Positions 28,417-42,650 of a stretch of DNA of 64,000 nucleotides are shown in pieces. Numbering within the stretch: the stretch's first letter is position 1; the number at the start of each line of letters is the position of its first letter. Where the stretch lies: assembly GCF_009914755.1 (NCBI RefSeq), contig NC_060948.1, one strand, 5' to 3'. Both the position numbers and the translations under genes were made by a program. The stretch comes from the human T2T-CHM13v2.0 reference genome, Homo sapiens. The notes beneath the pieces are model-generated. The model saw only the letters and a program-made list of their open reading frames with translations, did no database searches and was not told the DNA's origin.

Positions 28417-31400
28417 GGCCTGGAATAAAGTGGAATGCTACGGTCTCGAATGGAATAAAAATGTATGGAATGGAATGCAATGAAACGGAATCGAATGTCA
28501 TAGAATGTAATGGAATGCAAAAAAATGGAATCCAAAATCATTGAATGGAAAGGCTGGGTGTCGAAAGGAATTGACTGCAATGGAATGGAATCGAATGGAA
28601 TGGAAGTGAATAGAATCGAACTAAATCGAATGGAATGGAATTGATAGGAACGGAATGGAAAGGAATGCAATGATTTGGCATGGAATGGAATCGAATGGCA
28701 TCGAATGGAATGGAATGGAATGCAATGGAATGGAATGTATTAGAATGTAATGAACATTAGTGGAATGTACTCGAATGGATTCGACTGGAATGGAATGTTC
28801 TGGAAGTGAATGGACTCCAATGGAATGGATTCGAAAGGAATGGAATCGAACGGAATGGAATCTAATGGAATGGAATTAAATGGAAATGAATCAAATTGAA
28901 TAGCACGGAATTGAATTGAATGGAATCGAATGCAATGGAATCTAATGAAACGGAAAGGAAAGAATGGAATGGAATAGAATGGGCTGGAATGGAAAGGAAT
29001 CGAAACGAATGGAATGGAATCGAACTGAAGAGACTGGAATGGAATGCACTGGAATGGAAGGGAGTGTAATGGAAGGTTCTCGAAAAAAATGGAATCGAAT
29101 GGAATGGAATTGAATGGAACGGAATAGAGTCGAATGGAATTGAATGGAATGGAATGGACTAGAGTGAAATGGAATCGAACCACAAGGAATGGACAGGAAT
29201 AGAATGGTCTCGAATTGAATGGAATCGTATTGAATGGCATCAAACGGAATGGAATGGACAGTCACGGAATGGAATGCACTCGAATGCAATGGAGTCGAAA
29301 CTAATGGACTGGAATAGAATGGACTCGACTGGTACGGACTCCAATGCAATGGAATCGAATGGAAGGGAATCGAACGGAAGGGAATCGAACGGAATGGACT
29401 CGAAGGGAAAAGACTGCAATGGAAAGGTCTCGAATGGAATGGAAATTAATGGAATGGAATGGAATCGAATGAAATGGAGTCAAAAGGAATGGAATCGAAT
29501 GGCAAGAAATCGAATGTAATGGAATCGCCAGGAATTGATGTGAACGGAACGGAATGGAATGGAATCCAAAGGAATGGAATAGAATGGAATGGAATCGAAT
29601 GGAAAGGACTCGAATGGAAATCACTCGAATAGAATGCAATTTAATAAAATAGGATCAAATGTAATGGAATGGAATGGAAAGGAATCGAAACGAAAGGAAT
29701 GGAGACAGATGGAATGGAATGGAACAGAGAGCAATGGTATAGAATGGAATGGAATCATCTGGAATGGAATTGAATGGAATGGAATAATATGAAATGGAAT
29801 GGAATGGAATGGAATGGAATGCCCTTGAATTAAATGGACTGGAATGGAATGGACTCAAACAGAGTGGAATGGAAAGTGTGGAGATAGAATGGAATGAACT
29901 CCTTTGGAATGGTCTAGTAGGCAATGCAATCGACTGGCAGGGAATCAAAAGGAATGTAATCGAATGGATTGGACTGGAATGCAATGGACTCGAATAGATT
30001 GGAAACGGAATGCAAAGAATGGAATGGAATAGTATGGAATGGAATGGAAAGGAATGGAGTGGAACAGACTAGAGTGGAATGGAATGGACTGGAAAGCAAT
30101 GGACTGGAATGGAACTTTCTTGAATGGACTGGAATCAAACGGAATGGAATGCAATGCAATCAAATGGCATGGAATAAAATAGAATGAAAGAGAAACAAAT
30201 GGAATTGAATCGAATGGAATCGAATGGATTGGAAAGGAATAGAATGGAATGGAATGGAATTGACTCAAATGGAATCTACTAGAATGGAATGGATTCGAAT
30301 GGAAGGCAAAGGAATGGAATCTATTGGAATGGACTGTAATGGAATGGAATGGAAGGGATTGGAATGGACTCGAATGGAATGGACTGCAATAGAAAGGATT
30401 CGAATGGAATGAAAAAGAATTGAATGGAATAGAACAGAATGGAATCAAATCGAATGAAATGGAATGGAATAGAAAGGAATGGAATGAAATGGAATGGAAA
30501 GGATTCGAATGGAATGCAATCGAATGGAATGGAATCGAACGGAATGGAATAAAATGGAAGAAAACTGGCAAGAAATGGAATCGAAATGAATGGAGTGTTA
30601 TGGAACGGACTCAAAAGGAATTGAATGTAATAGAATGGAGTGGAGTGGACTCGAATATAATGGACTGGAATGGAATGAAATCACATGGAATGGGAACGAA
30701 TGGAATGGAATGGAAAGGAATGGAATCGAATGGAAAGGAATCGAATGGAAGGGAATGAAATTGAATCAACAGGAATGGAAGGGAATAGAATAGACGGTAA
30801 TGGAATGGACTCGAATAGAATGGACACGAATGCTCAAATTCAATGGACTCGAATGGAATGGAAACGAAAGGAATGTCATCGAATGGAATTGAATCGATTG
30901 GAATGAAATCGCATAGAATGGAGTGGAATCAAATGGAATTGAATCGAAAGGAAAGGAAGCGAATGGACTGAAATGAAATGGAATGGAATTGAATGGAAAG
31001 TAATGCAATGGAATAGAATGGAACGAAATTTCACGGAATGGAATCAAACTGAATGGAATCAAATCAATGGAATCAAATCAAATGGAATGGAAAGGAATTG
31101 AATGGAGTAGATGGGATTGGATGGGATTGGAATGAAATGTACTGGAAAGGACTCGAATTTCATGAAACGGAATGGAATGAATTGGAACGGAATGGACTCG
31201 AATGGAATGGAATGTCATGGGATGGCATCAAATGGAATGGCATCAAATGGAATGGAATCGAATGCAATAGAATGCTATGGAATGGAATGGAATGCATTGG
31301 AATGGAATGTCCTCTAATGGAATGGATTCGAGTGGAATGGAATTGAATATAATGGAGTCGAATGAAATGGAATTGAAAGGAATGGGATCGAATACAATGG

Positions 31401-31978
31401 AATATACTGGAATGTAACGTAATGAACTCGAATATAATTAACTGGAATGGAATGTACATGAATGGAATGTTATCGAATGGAAAGTAATCCAATGGAATAG
31501 AATCTAATGCAATAAAATCGACTCAGATAGAGTAGAATGTAATGGAATGGAGTGCAGTGCAATGGAATGGAATGGAATGGAATGCAATGGAATGGAATGG
31601 AATCGAATGGAATGGAATGGAATGGAATGGGATGGAATGGTATGGAATGGATAGTAATGGACTGGAGTGAAATGGACTGGAAAGGAATGGACTCAAATTG
31701 AAAGGGCTCGAAAGGAATGGATTCAAATGGAATGGTCTGGAATGGAATGAACACGAATGTAATGCAACCCAATAGAATGGAATCGAATGGCATGGAATGT
31801 AAAGAAATGGAATCGAAGAGAATGGAAACAAATGGAATGGAATTGAATGGAATGGGAACGAATGGAGTGAAATTGTATGCAGTAGAAGAGAATAGAATGG
31901 AATGCAAGCGAAAGGAAAGGAATGGATTGGAATGGAATGGAATTCATTGGAATGGAAGGGAATGTAGTGTAATGGACA
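28417..31978 (+). repeat. DYZ1 unit U9, 3562 bp (U17-like start, then type A)
   Basis: GGCC at 28417 to 31979. Confidence 0.9.
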
Positions 31979-34900
31979 GGCCTGGAATAAAGTGGAATGC
32001 TACGGTCTCGAATGGAATAAAAATGTATGGAATGGAATGCAATGAAACGGAATCGAATGTCATAGAATGTAATGGAATGCAAAAAAATGGAATCCAAAAT
32101 CATTGACTGGAAAGTCTGGGTGTCGAAAGGAATTGACTCCAATGGAATGGAATCGAATGGAATGGAAGTGAATAGAATCGAACTAAATCGAATGGAATGG
32201 AATTGATAGGAACGGAATGGAAAGGAATGCAATGATTTGGCATGGAATGGAATCGAATGGCATCGAATGGAATGGAATGGAATGCAATGGAATGGAATGT
32301 ATTAGAATGTAATGAACTTTAATGGAATGTACTCGAATGGATTCGACTGGAATGGAATGTTCTGGAAGTGAATGGACTCCAATGGAATGGATTCAAAAGG
32401 AATGGAGTCGTACGGAATGGAATCTAATGGAATGGAATTAAATGGAAATGAATCAAATTGAATAGCACGGAATTGAATTGAATGGAATCGAATGCAATGG
32501 AATCTAATGAAACGGAAAGGAAAGGAATGCAATGGAATGGAATGGAATGGAATGCAAATGAATCGAAACGAATGGAATGGAATCGAACTGAAGAGACTGG
32601 AATGGAATGCACTGGAATGGAAGGGAGTGTCATGGAAGGTTCTCGAAAAAAATGGAATCGAATGGAATGGAATTGAATGGAACGGAATAGAGTCGAATGG
32701 AATTGAATGGAATGGAATGGACTAGAGTGAAATGGAATCGAACCACAAGGAATGGACAGGAATAGAATGGTCTCGAATTGAATGGAATCGTATGGAATGG
32801 CATCAAACGGAATGGAAAGGACAGCCACGGAATGGAATGCACTCGAATGCAACGGAGTCGAAACTAATGGACTGGAATAGAATGGACTCGACTGGTACGG
32901 ACTCCAATGGAATGGAATCGAATGGAAGGGAATCGAACGGAATGGACTCGAAGGGAAAAGACTGCAATGGAAAGGTCTCGAATGGAATGGAAATTAATGG
33001 AATGGAATGGAATCGAATGAAATGGAGTCAAAAGGAATGGAATCGAATGGCAAGAAATCGAATGTAATGGAATCGCAAGGAATTGATGTGAACGGAACGG
33101 AATGGAATGGAATCCAAAGGAATGGAATAGAATGGAATGGAATCGAATGGAAAGGACTGGAATGGAAATCACTCGAATAGAATGCAATTTAATAAAATAG
33201 GGTCAAATGTAATGGAATGGAATGGAAAGGAATCGAAACGAAAGGAATGGAGACAGATGGAATGGAATGGGACAGAGAGCAATGGTATAGAATGGAATGG
33301 AATCATCTGGAATGGAATTGAATGGAATGGAATAATATGAAATGGAATGGAATGGAATGGAATGGAATGCCCTTGAATTAAATGGACTGGACTCGAACAG
33401 AGTGGAATGGAAAGTGTTGAGATAGAATGGAATGGACTCCTTTGGAATGGTGTAGTATGCAATGCAATCGACTGGTATGGAATCAAAAGGAATGTAATGG
33501 AATGGATTGGACTGGAATGCAATGGACTCGAATAGATTGGAAACGGAATGCAAAGGAATGGAATGGAATAGTATGGAATTTAATGGAAAGGAATGGAGTG
33601 GAATAGACTAGAGTGGAATGGAATGGACTGGAAAGCAATTGACTGGAATGGAACTTTCTTGAATGGACTGGAATCAAACGGAATGGAATGCAATGCAATC
33701 AAATGGCATGGAATAAAATAGAATGAAAGAGAATCAAATGGAATTGAATCGAATGGAATCGAATGGATTGGAAAGGAATAGAATGGAATGGAATGGAATG
33801 GACTCAAATGGAATGGACTAGAATGGAATGGATTCGAATGGAAGGCAAAGGAATGGAATCTATTGGAATGGACTGTAATGGAATGGAATGGAAGGGATTG
33901 GAATGGACTCGAATGGAATGGACTGCAATAGAAAGGATTCGAATGGAATGAAAAAGAATTGAATGGAATAGAACAGAATGGAATCAAATCGAATGAAATG
34001 GAATGGAATAGAAAGGAATGGAATGAAATGGAATGGAAAGGATTCGAATGGAATGCAATCGAATGGAATGGAGTCGAACGGAATGGAATAAAATGGAAGA
34101 AAACTGGCAAGAAATGGAATCGAAATGAATGGAGTGTTATGGAACGGACTCAAAAGGAATTGAATGTAATAGAATGGAGTGGAGTGCACTCGAATATAAT
34201 GGACTGGAATGGAATGAAATCACATGGAATGGGAACGAATGGAATGGAATGGAAAGGAATGGAATCGAATGGAAAGGAATCGAATGGAAGGGAATGAAAT
34301 TGAATCAACAGGAATGGAAGGGAATAGAATAGACGGTAATGGAATGGACTCGAATAGAATGGACACGAATGCTCAAATTGAATGGACTCGAATGGAATGG
34401 AAACGAAAGGAATGTCATCGAATGGAATTGAATCGATTGGAATGAAATCGCATAGAATGGAGTGGAATCAAATGGAATTGAATCGAAAGGAAAGGAAGCG
34501 AATGGACTGAAATGAAATGGAATGGAATTGAATGGAAAGTAATGCAATGGAATAGAATGGAACGAAATTTCACGGAATGGAATCAAACTGAATGGAATCA
34601 AATCAATGGAATCAAATCAAATGGAATGGAAAGGAATTGAATGGAGTAGATTGGATTGGATGGGATTGGAATGAAATGTACTGGAAAGGACTCGAATTTC
34701 ATGAAACGGAATGGAATGAATTGGAACGGAATGGACTCAAATGGAATGGAATGTCATGGAATGGCATCAAATGGAATGGCATCAAATGGAATGGAATCGA
34801 ATGCAATGGAATGCTATGGAATGGAATGGAATGCATTGGAATGGAATGTCCTCTAATGGAATGGATTCGAGTGGAATGGAATCGAATATAATGGAGTCGA

Positions 34901-35522
34901 ATGAAATGGAATTGAAAGGAATGGGATCGAATACAATGGAATATACTGGAATGTAATGTAATGAACTCGAATGTAATTGACTGGAATGGAATGTACATGA
35001 ATGGAATGTAATCGAATGGAAAGTAATCCAATGGAATAGAATCTAATGCAATAAAATCGACTCAGATAGAGTAGAATGTAATGGAATGGAGTGCAGTGCA
35101 ATGGAATGGAATGGAATGGAATGCAATGGAATGGAATGGAATGGAATGGAATGGAATGGGATGGAATGGTATGGAATGGATAGTAATGGACTGGAGTGAA
35201 ATGGACTGGAAAGGAATGGACTCAAATTCAAAGGGCTCGAAAGGAATGGAGTCAAATGGAATGGTCTGGAATGGAATGAACACGAATGTAATGCAATCCA
35301 ATAGAATGGAATCGAATGGCATGGAATATAAAGAAATGGAATCGAAGAGAATGGAAACAAATGGAATGGAATTGAATGGAATGGAATTGAATGGAATGGG
35401 AACGAATGGAGTGAAATTGTATGCAGTAGAAGGGAATAGAATGGAATGCAAGCGAAAGGAAAGGAATGGATTGGAATGGAATGGAATTCATTGGAATGGA
35501 AGGGAATGTAGTGTAATGGACA
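31979..35522 (+). repeat. DYZ1 unit U10, 3544 bp (U6-like)
   Basis: GGCC at 31979 to 35523. Confidence 0.9.
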
Positions 35523-38500
35523 GGCCTGGAATAAAGTGGAATGCTACGGTCTCGAATGGAATAAAAATGTATGGAATGGAATGCAATGAAACGGAATCGA
35601 ATGTCATAGAATGTAATGGAATGCAAAAAAATGGAATCCAAAATCATTGACTGGAAAGGCTGGGTGTCGAAAGGAATTGACTCCAATGGAATGGAATCGA
35701 ATGGAATGGAAGTGAATAGAATCGAACTAAATCGAATGGAATGGAATTGATAGGAACGGAATGGAAAGGAATGCAATGATTTGGCATGGAATGGAATCGA
35801 ATGGCATCGAATGGAATGGAATGGAATGCAATGGAATGGAATGTATTAGAATGTAATGAACTTTAATGGAATGTACTCGAATGGATTCGACTGGAATGGA
35901 ATGTTCTGGAAGTGAATGGACTCCAATGGAATGGATTCAAAAGGAATGGAATCGTACGGAATGGAATCTAATGGAATGGAATTAAATGGAAATGAATCAA
36001 ATTGAATAGCACGGAATTGAATTGAATGGAATGGAATGCAATGGAATCTAATGAAACGGAAAGGAAAGGAATGGAATGGAATGGAATGGGCTGGAATGGA
36101 AAGGAATCGAAACGAATGGAATGGAATCGAACTGAAGAGACTGGAATGGAATGCACTGGAATGGAAGGGAGTGAAATGGAAGGTTCTCGAAAAAAATGGA
36201 ATCGAATGGAATGGAATTGAATGGAACGGAATAGAGTCGAATGGAATTGAATGGAATGGAATGGACTAGAGTGAAATGGAATCGAACCACAAGGAATGGA
36301 CAGGAATAGAATGGTCTCGAATTGAATGGAATCGTATGGAATGGCATGAAACGGAATGGAATGGACAGCCACGGAATGGAATGCACTCGAATGCAATGGA
36401 GTCGAAACTAATGGACTGGAATAGAATGGACTCGACTGGTACGGACTCCAATGGAATGGAATCGAATGGAAGGGAATCGAACGGAATGGACTTGAAGGGA
36501 AAAGACTGCAATGGAAAGGTCTCGAATGGAATGGAAATTAATGGAATGGAATGGAATCGAATGAAATGGAGTCAAAAGGAATGGAATCGAATGGCAAGAA
36601 ATCGAATGTAATGGAATCGCAAGGAATTGATGTGAACGGAACGGAATGGAATGGAATCCAAAGGAATGGAATAGAATGGAATGGAATCGAATGGAAAGGA
36701 CTCGAATGGAAATCACTCGAATAGAATGCAATTTAATAAAATAGGATCAAATGTAATGGAATGGAATGGAAAGGAATCGAAACGGAAGGAATGGAGACAG
36801 ATGGAATGGAATAGAACAGAGAGCAATGGTATAGAATGGAATGGAATCATCTGGAAAGGAATTGAATGGAATGGAATAATATGAAATGGAATGGAATGGA
36901 ATGGAATGGAATGCCCTTGAATTAAATGGACTGGAATGGAATGGACTCGAACAGAGTGGAATGGAAAGTGTTGAGATAGAATGGAATGGACTCCTTTGGA
37001 ATGGTGTAGTATGCAATGCAATCGACTGGCAGGGAATCAAAAGGAATGTAATGGAATGGATTGGACTGGAATGCAATGGACTCGAATAGATTGCAAACGG
37101 AATGCAAAGGAATGGAATGGAATAGTATGGAATGGAATGGAAAGGAATGGAGTGGAATAGACTAGAGTGGAATGGAATGGACTGGAAAGAAATGGACTGG
37201 AATGGAACTTTCTTGAATGGACTGGAATCAAACGGAATGGAATGTAATGCAATCAAATGGCATGGAATAAAATAGAATGAAAGAGAATCAAATGGAATTG
37301 AATCGAATGGAATCGAATGGATTGGAAAGGAATAGAATGGAATGGAATGGAATGGACTCAAATGGAATGGACTAGAATGGAATGGATTCGAATGGAAGGC
37401 AAAGGAATGGAATCTATGGGAATGGACTGTAATGGAATGGAATGGAAGGGATTGGAATGGACTCGAATGGAATGGACTGCAATAGAAAGGATTCGAATGG
37501 AATGAAAAAGAATTGAATGGAATAGAACAGAATGGAATCAAATCGAATGAAATGGAATGGAATAGAAAGGAATGGAATGAAATGGAATGGAAAGGATTCG
37601 AATGGAATGCAATCGAATGGAATGGAGTCGAACGGAATGGAATAAAATGGAAGAAAACTGGCAAGAAATGGAATCGAAATGAATGGAGTGTTATGGAACG
37701 GACTCAAAAGGAATTGAATGTAATAGAATGGAGTGGAGTGGACTCGAATATAATGGACTGGAATGGAATGAAATCACATGGAATGGGAACGAATGGAATG
37801 GAATGGAAAGGAATGGAATCGAATGGAAAGGAATCGAATGGAAGGGAATGAAATTGAATCAACAGGAATGGAAGGGAATAGAATAGACGGTAATGGAATG
37901 GACTCGAATAGAATGGACACGAATGCTCAAATTGAATGGACTCGAATGGAATGGAAACGAAAGGAATGTCATCGAATGGAATTGAATCGATTGGAATGAA
38001 ATCGCATAGAATGGAGTGGAATCAAATGGAATTGAATCGAAAGGAAAGGAAGCGAATGGACTGAAATGAAATGGAATGGAATTGAATGGAAAGTAATGCA
38101 ATGGAATAGAATGGAACGAAATTTCACGGAATGGAATCAAACTGAATGGAATCAAATCAATGGAATCTAATCAAATGGAATGGAAAGGAATTGAATGGAG
38201 TAGATTGGATTGGATGGGATTGGAATGAAATGTACTGGAAAGGACTCGAATTTCATGAAACGGAATGGAATGAATTGGAATGGAATGGACTAGAATGGAA
38301 TGGAATGTCATGGAATGGCATCAAATGGAATGGCATCAAATGGAATGGAATCGAATGCAATGGAATGCTATGGAATGGAATGGAATGCATTGGAATGGAA
38401 TGTCCTCTAATGGAATGGATTCGAGTGGAATGGAATCGAATATAATGGAGTCGAATGAAATGGAATTGAAAGGAATGGGATCGAATACAATGGAATATAC

Positions 38501-39081
38501 TGGAATGTAATGTAATGAACTCGAATGTAATTGACTGGAATGGAATGTACATGAATGGAATGTAATCGAATGGAAAGTAATCCAATGGAATAGAATCTAA
38601 TGCAATAAAATCGACTCAGATAGAGTAGAATGTAATGGAATGGAGTGCAGTGCAATGGAATGGAATGGAATGGAATGCAATTGAATGGAATGGAATGGAA
38701 TGGAATGGAATGGAATGGGATGGAATGGTATGGAATGGATAGTAATGGACTGGAGTGAAATGGACTGGAAAGGAATGGACTCAAATTGAAAGGGCTCGAA
38801 AGGAATGGAGTCAAATGGAATGGTCTGGAATGGAATGAACACGAATGTAATGCAATCCAATAGAATGGAATCGAATGGCATGGAATATAAAGAAATGGAA
38901 TCGGAGAGAATGGAAACAAATGGAATGGAATTGAATGGAATGGAATTGAATGGAATGGGAACGAATGGAGTGAAATTGTATGCAGTAGAAGGGAATAGAA
39001 TGGAATGCAAGCGAAAGGAAAGGAATGGATTGGAATGGAATGGAATTCATTGGAATGGAAGGGAATGTAGTGTAATGGACA
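35523..39081 (+). repeat. DYZ1 unit U11, 3559 bp
   Basis: GGCC at 35523 to 39082. Confidence 0.9.
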
Positions 39082-42000
39082 GGCCTGGAATAAAGTGGAA
39101 TGCTACGGTCTCGAATGGAATAAAAATGTATGGAATGGAATGCAATGAAATGGAATCGAATGTCATAGAATGTAATGGAATGCAACAAAATGGAATCCAA
39201 AATCATTGACTGGAAAGGCTGGGTGTCGAAAGGAATTGACTCCAATGGAATGGAATCGAATGGAATGGAAGTGAATAGAATCGAACTAAATCGAATGCAA
39301 TGGAATTGATAGGAACGGAATGGAAAGGAATGCAATGATTTGGCATGGAATGGAATCGAATGGCATCGAATGGAATGGAATGGAATGCAATGGAATGGAA
39401 TGTATTAGAATGTAATGAACTTTAATGGAATGTACTCGAATGGATTCGACTGGAATGGAATGTTCTGGAAGTGAATGGACTCCAATGGAATGGATTCAAA
39501 AGGAATGGAATCGTACGGAATGGAATCTAATGGAATGGAATTAAATGGAAATGAATCAAATTGAATAGCACGGAATTGAATTGAATGGAATGGAATGCAA
39601 TGGAATCTAATGAAACGGAAAGGAAAGGAATGGAATGGAATGGAATGGGCTGGAATGGAAAGGAATCGAAACGAATGGAATGGAATCGAACTGAAGAGAC
39701 TGGAATGGAATGCACTGGAATGGAAGGGAGTGTAATGGAAGGTTCTCGAAAAAAATGGAATCGAATGGAATGGAATTGAATGGAACGGAATAGAGTCGAA
39801 TGGAATTGAATGGAATGGAATGGACTAGAGTGAAATGGAATCGAACCACAAGGAATGGACAGGAATAGAATGGTCTCGAATTGAATGGGATCATATGGAA
39901 TGGCATCAAACGGAATGGAATGGACAGCCACGGAATGGAATGCACTCGAATGCAATGGAGTCGAAACTAATGGACTGGAATAGAATGGACTCGACTGGTA
40001 CGGACTCCAATGGAATGGAATCGAATGGAAGGGAATCGAACGGAATGGACTCGAAGGGAAAAGACTGCAATGGAAAGGTCTCGAATGGAATGGAAATTAA
40101 TGGAATGGAATGGAATCGAATGAAATGGAGTCAAAAGGAATGGAATCGAATGGCAAGAAATCGAATGTAATGGAATCGCAAGGAATTGATGTGAACGGAA
40201 TGGAATGGAATGGAATCCAAAGGAATGGAATAGAATGGAATGGAATCGAATGGAAAGGACTCGAATGGAAATCACTCGAATAGAATGCAATTTAATAAAA
40301 TAGGATCAAATGTAATGGAATGGAATGGAAAGGAATCGAAACGAAAGGAATGGAGACAGATGGAATGGAATGGAACAGAGAGCAATGGTATAGAATGGAA
40401 TGGAATCATCTGGAATGGAATTGAATGGAATGGAATAATATGAAATGGAATGGAATGGAATGGAATGGAATGCCCTTGAATTAAATGGACTGGAATGGAA
40501 TGGACTCGAACAGAGTGGAATGGAAAGTGTTGAGATAGAATGGAATGGACTCCTTTGGAATGGTGTAGTATGCAATGCAATCGACTGGCAGGGAATCAAA
40601 AGGAATGTAATCGAATGGACTGGACTGGAATGCAATGGACTCGAATAGATTGGAAACGGAATGCAAAGGAATGGAATGGAATAGTATGGAATGGAATGGA
40701 AAGGAATGGAGTGGAATAGACTAGAGTGGAATGGAATGGACTGGAAAGCAATGGACTGGAATGGAACTTTCTTGAATGGATTGGAATCAAACGGAATGGA
40801 ATGCAATGCAATCAAATGGCATGGAATAAAATAGAATGAAAGAGAATCGAATGGAATTGAATCGAATGGAATCGAATGGATTGGAAAGGAATAGAATGGA
40901 ATGGAATGGAATGGACTCAAATGGAATGGACTAGAATGGAATGGATTCGAATGGAAGGCAAAGGAATGGAATCTATTGGAATGGACTGTAATGGAATGGA
41001 ATGGAAGGGATTGGAATGGACTCGAATGGAATGGACTGCAATAGAAAGGATTCGAATGGAATGAAAAAGAATTGAATGGAATAGAACAGAATGGAATCAA
41101 ATCGAATGAAATGGAATGGAATAGAAAGGAATGGAATGAAATGGAATGGAAAGGATTCGAATGGAATGCAATCGAATGGAATGGAATCGAACGGAATGGA
41201 ATAAAATGGAAGAAAACTGGCAAGAAATGGAATCGAAATGAATGGAGTGTTATGGAACGGACTCAAAAGGAATTGAATGTAATAGAATGGAGTGGAGTGG
41301 ACTCGAATATAATGGACTGGAATGGAATGAAATCACATGGAATGGGAACGAATGGAATGGAATGGAAAGGAATGGAATCGAATGGAAAGGAATCGAATGG
41401 AAGGGAATGAAATTGAATCAACAGGAATGGAAGGGAATAGAATAGACGGTAATGGAATGGACTCGAATAGAATGGACACGAATGCTCAAATTGAATGGAC
41501 TCGAATGGAATGGAAACGAAAGGAATGTCATCGAATGGAATTGAATCGATTGGAATGAAATCGCATAGAATGGAGTGGAATCAAATGGAATTGAATCGAA
41601 AGGAAAGGAAGCGAATGGACTGAAATGAAATGGAATGGAATTGAATGGAAAGTAATGCAATGGAATAGAATGGAACGAAATTTCACGGAATGGAATCAAA
41701 CTGAATGGAATCAAATCAATGGAATCTAATCAAATGGAATGGAAAGGAATTGAATGGAGTAGATTGGATTGGATGGGATTGGAATGAAATGTACTGGAAA
41801 GGACTCGAATTTCATGAAACGGAATGGAATGAATTGGAACGGAATGGACTCGAATGGAATGGAATGTCATGGAATGGCATCAAATGCAATGGCATCAAAT
41901 GGAATGGAATCGAATGCAATGGAATGCTATGGAATGGAATGGAATGCATTGGAATGGAATGTCCTCTAATGGAATGGATTCGAGTGGAATGGAATCGAAT

Positions 42001-42650
42001 ATAATGGAGTCGAATGAAATGGAATTGAAAGGAATGGGATCGAATACAATGGAATATACTGGAATGTAATGTAATGAACTCGAATGTAATTGACTGGAAT
42101 GGAATGTACATGAATGGAATGTAATCGAATGGAAAGTAATCCAATGGAATAGAATCTAATGCAATAAAATCGACTCAGATAGAGTAGAATGTAATGGAAT
42201 GGAGTGCAGTGCAATGGAATGGAATGGAATGGAATGCAATTGAATGGAATGGAATGGAATGGAATGGAATGGAATGGAATGGAATGGGATGGAATGGTAT
42301 GGAATGGATAGTAACGGACTGGAGTGAAATGGACTGGAAAGGAATGGACTCAAATTGAAAGGGCTCGAAAGGAATGGAGTCAAATGGAATGGTCTGGAAT
42401 GGAATGAACACGAATGTAATGCAATCCAATAGAATGGAATCGAATGGCATGGAATATAAAGAAATGGAATCGGAGAGAATGGAAACAAATGGAGTGGAAT
42501 TGAATGGAATGGAATTGAATGGAATGGGAACGAATGGAGTGAAATTGTATGCAGTAGAAGGGAATAGAATGGAATGCAAGCGAAAGGAAAGGAATGGATT
42601 GGAATGGAATGGAATTCATTGGAATGGAAGGGAATGTAGTGTAATGGACT
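39082..42650 (+). repeat. DYZ1 unit U12, 3569 bp
   Basis: GGCC at 39082 to 42651; at 42651 the context is TGGCCT rather than AGGCCT, so the StuI site is lost. Confidence 0.9.
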
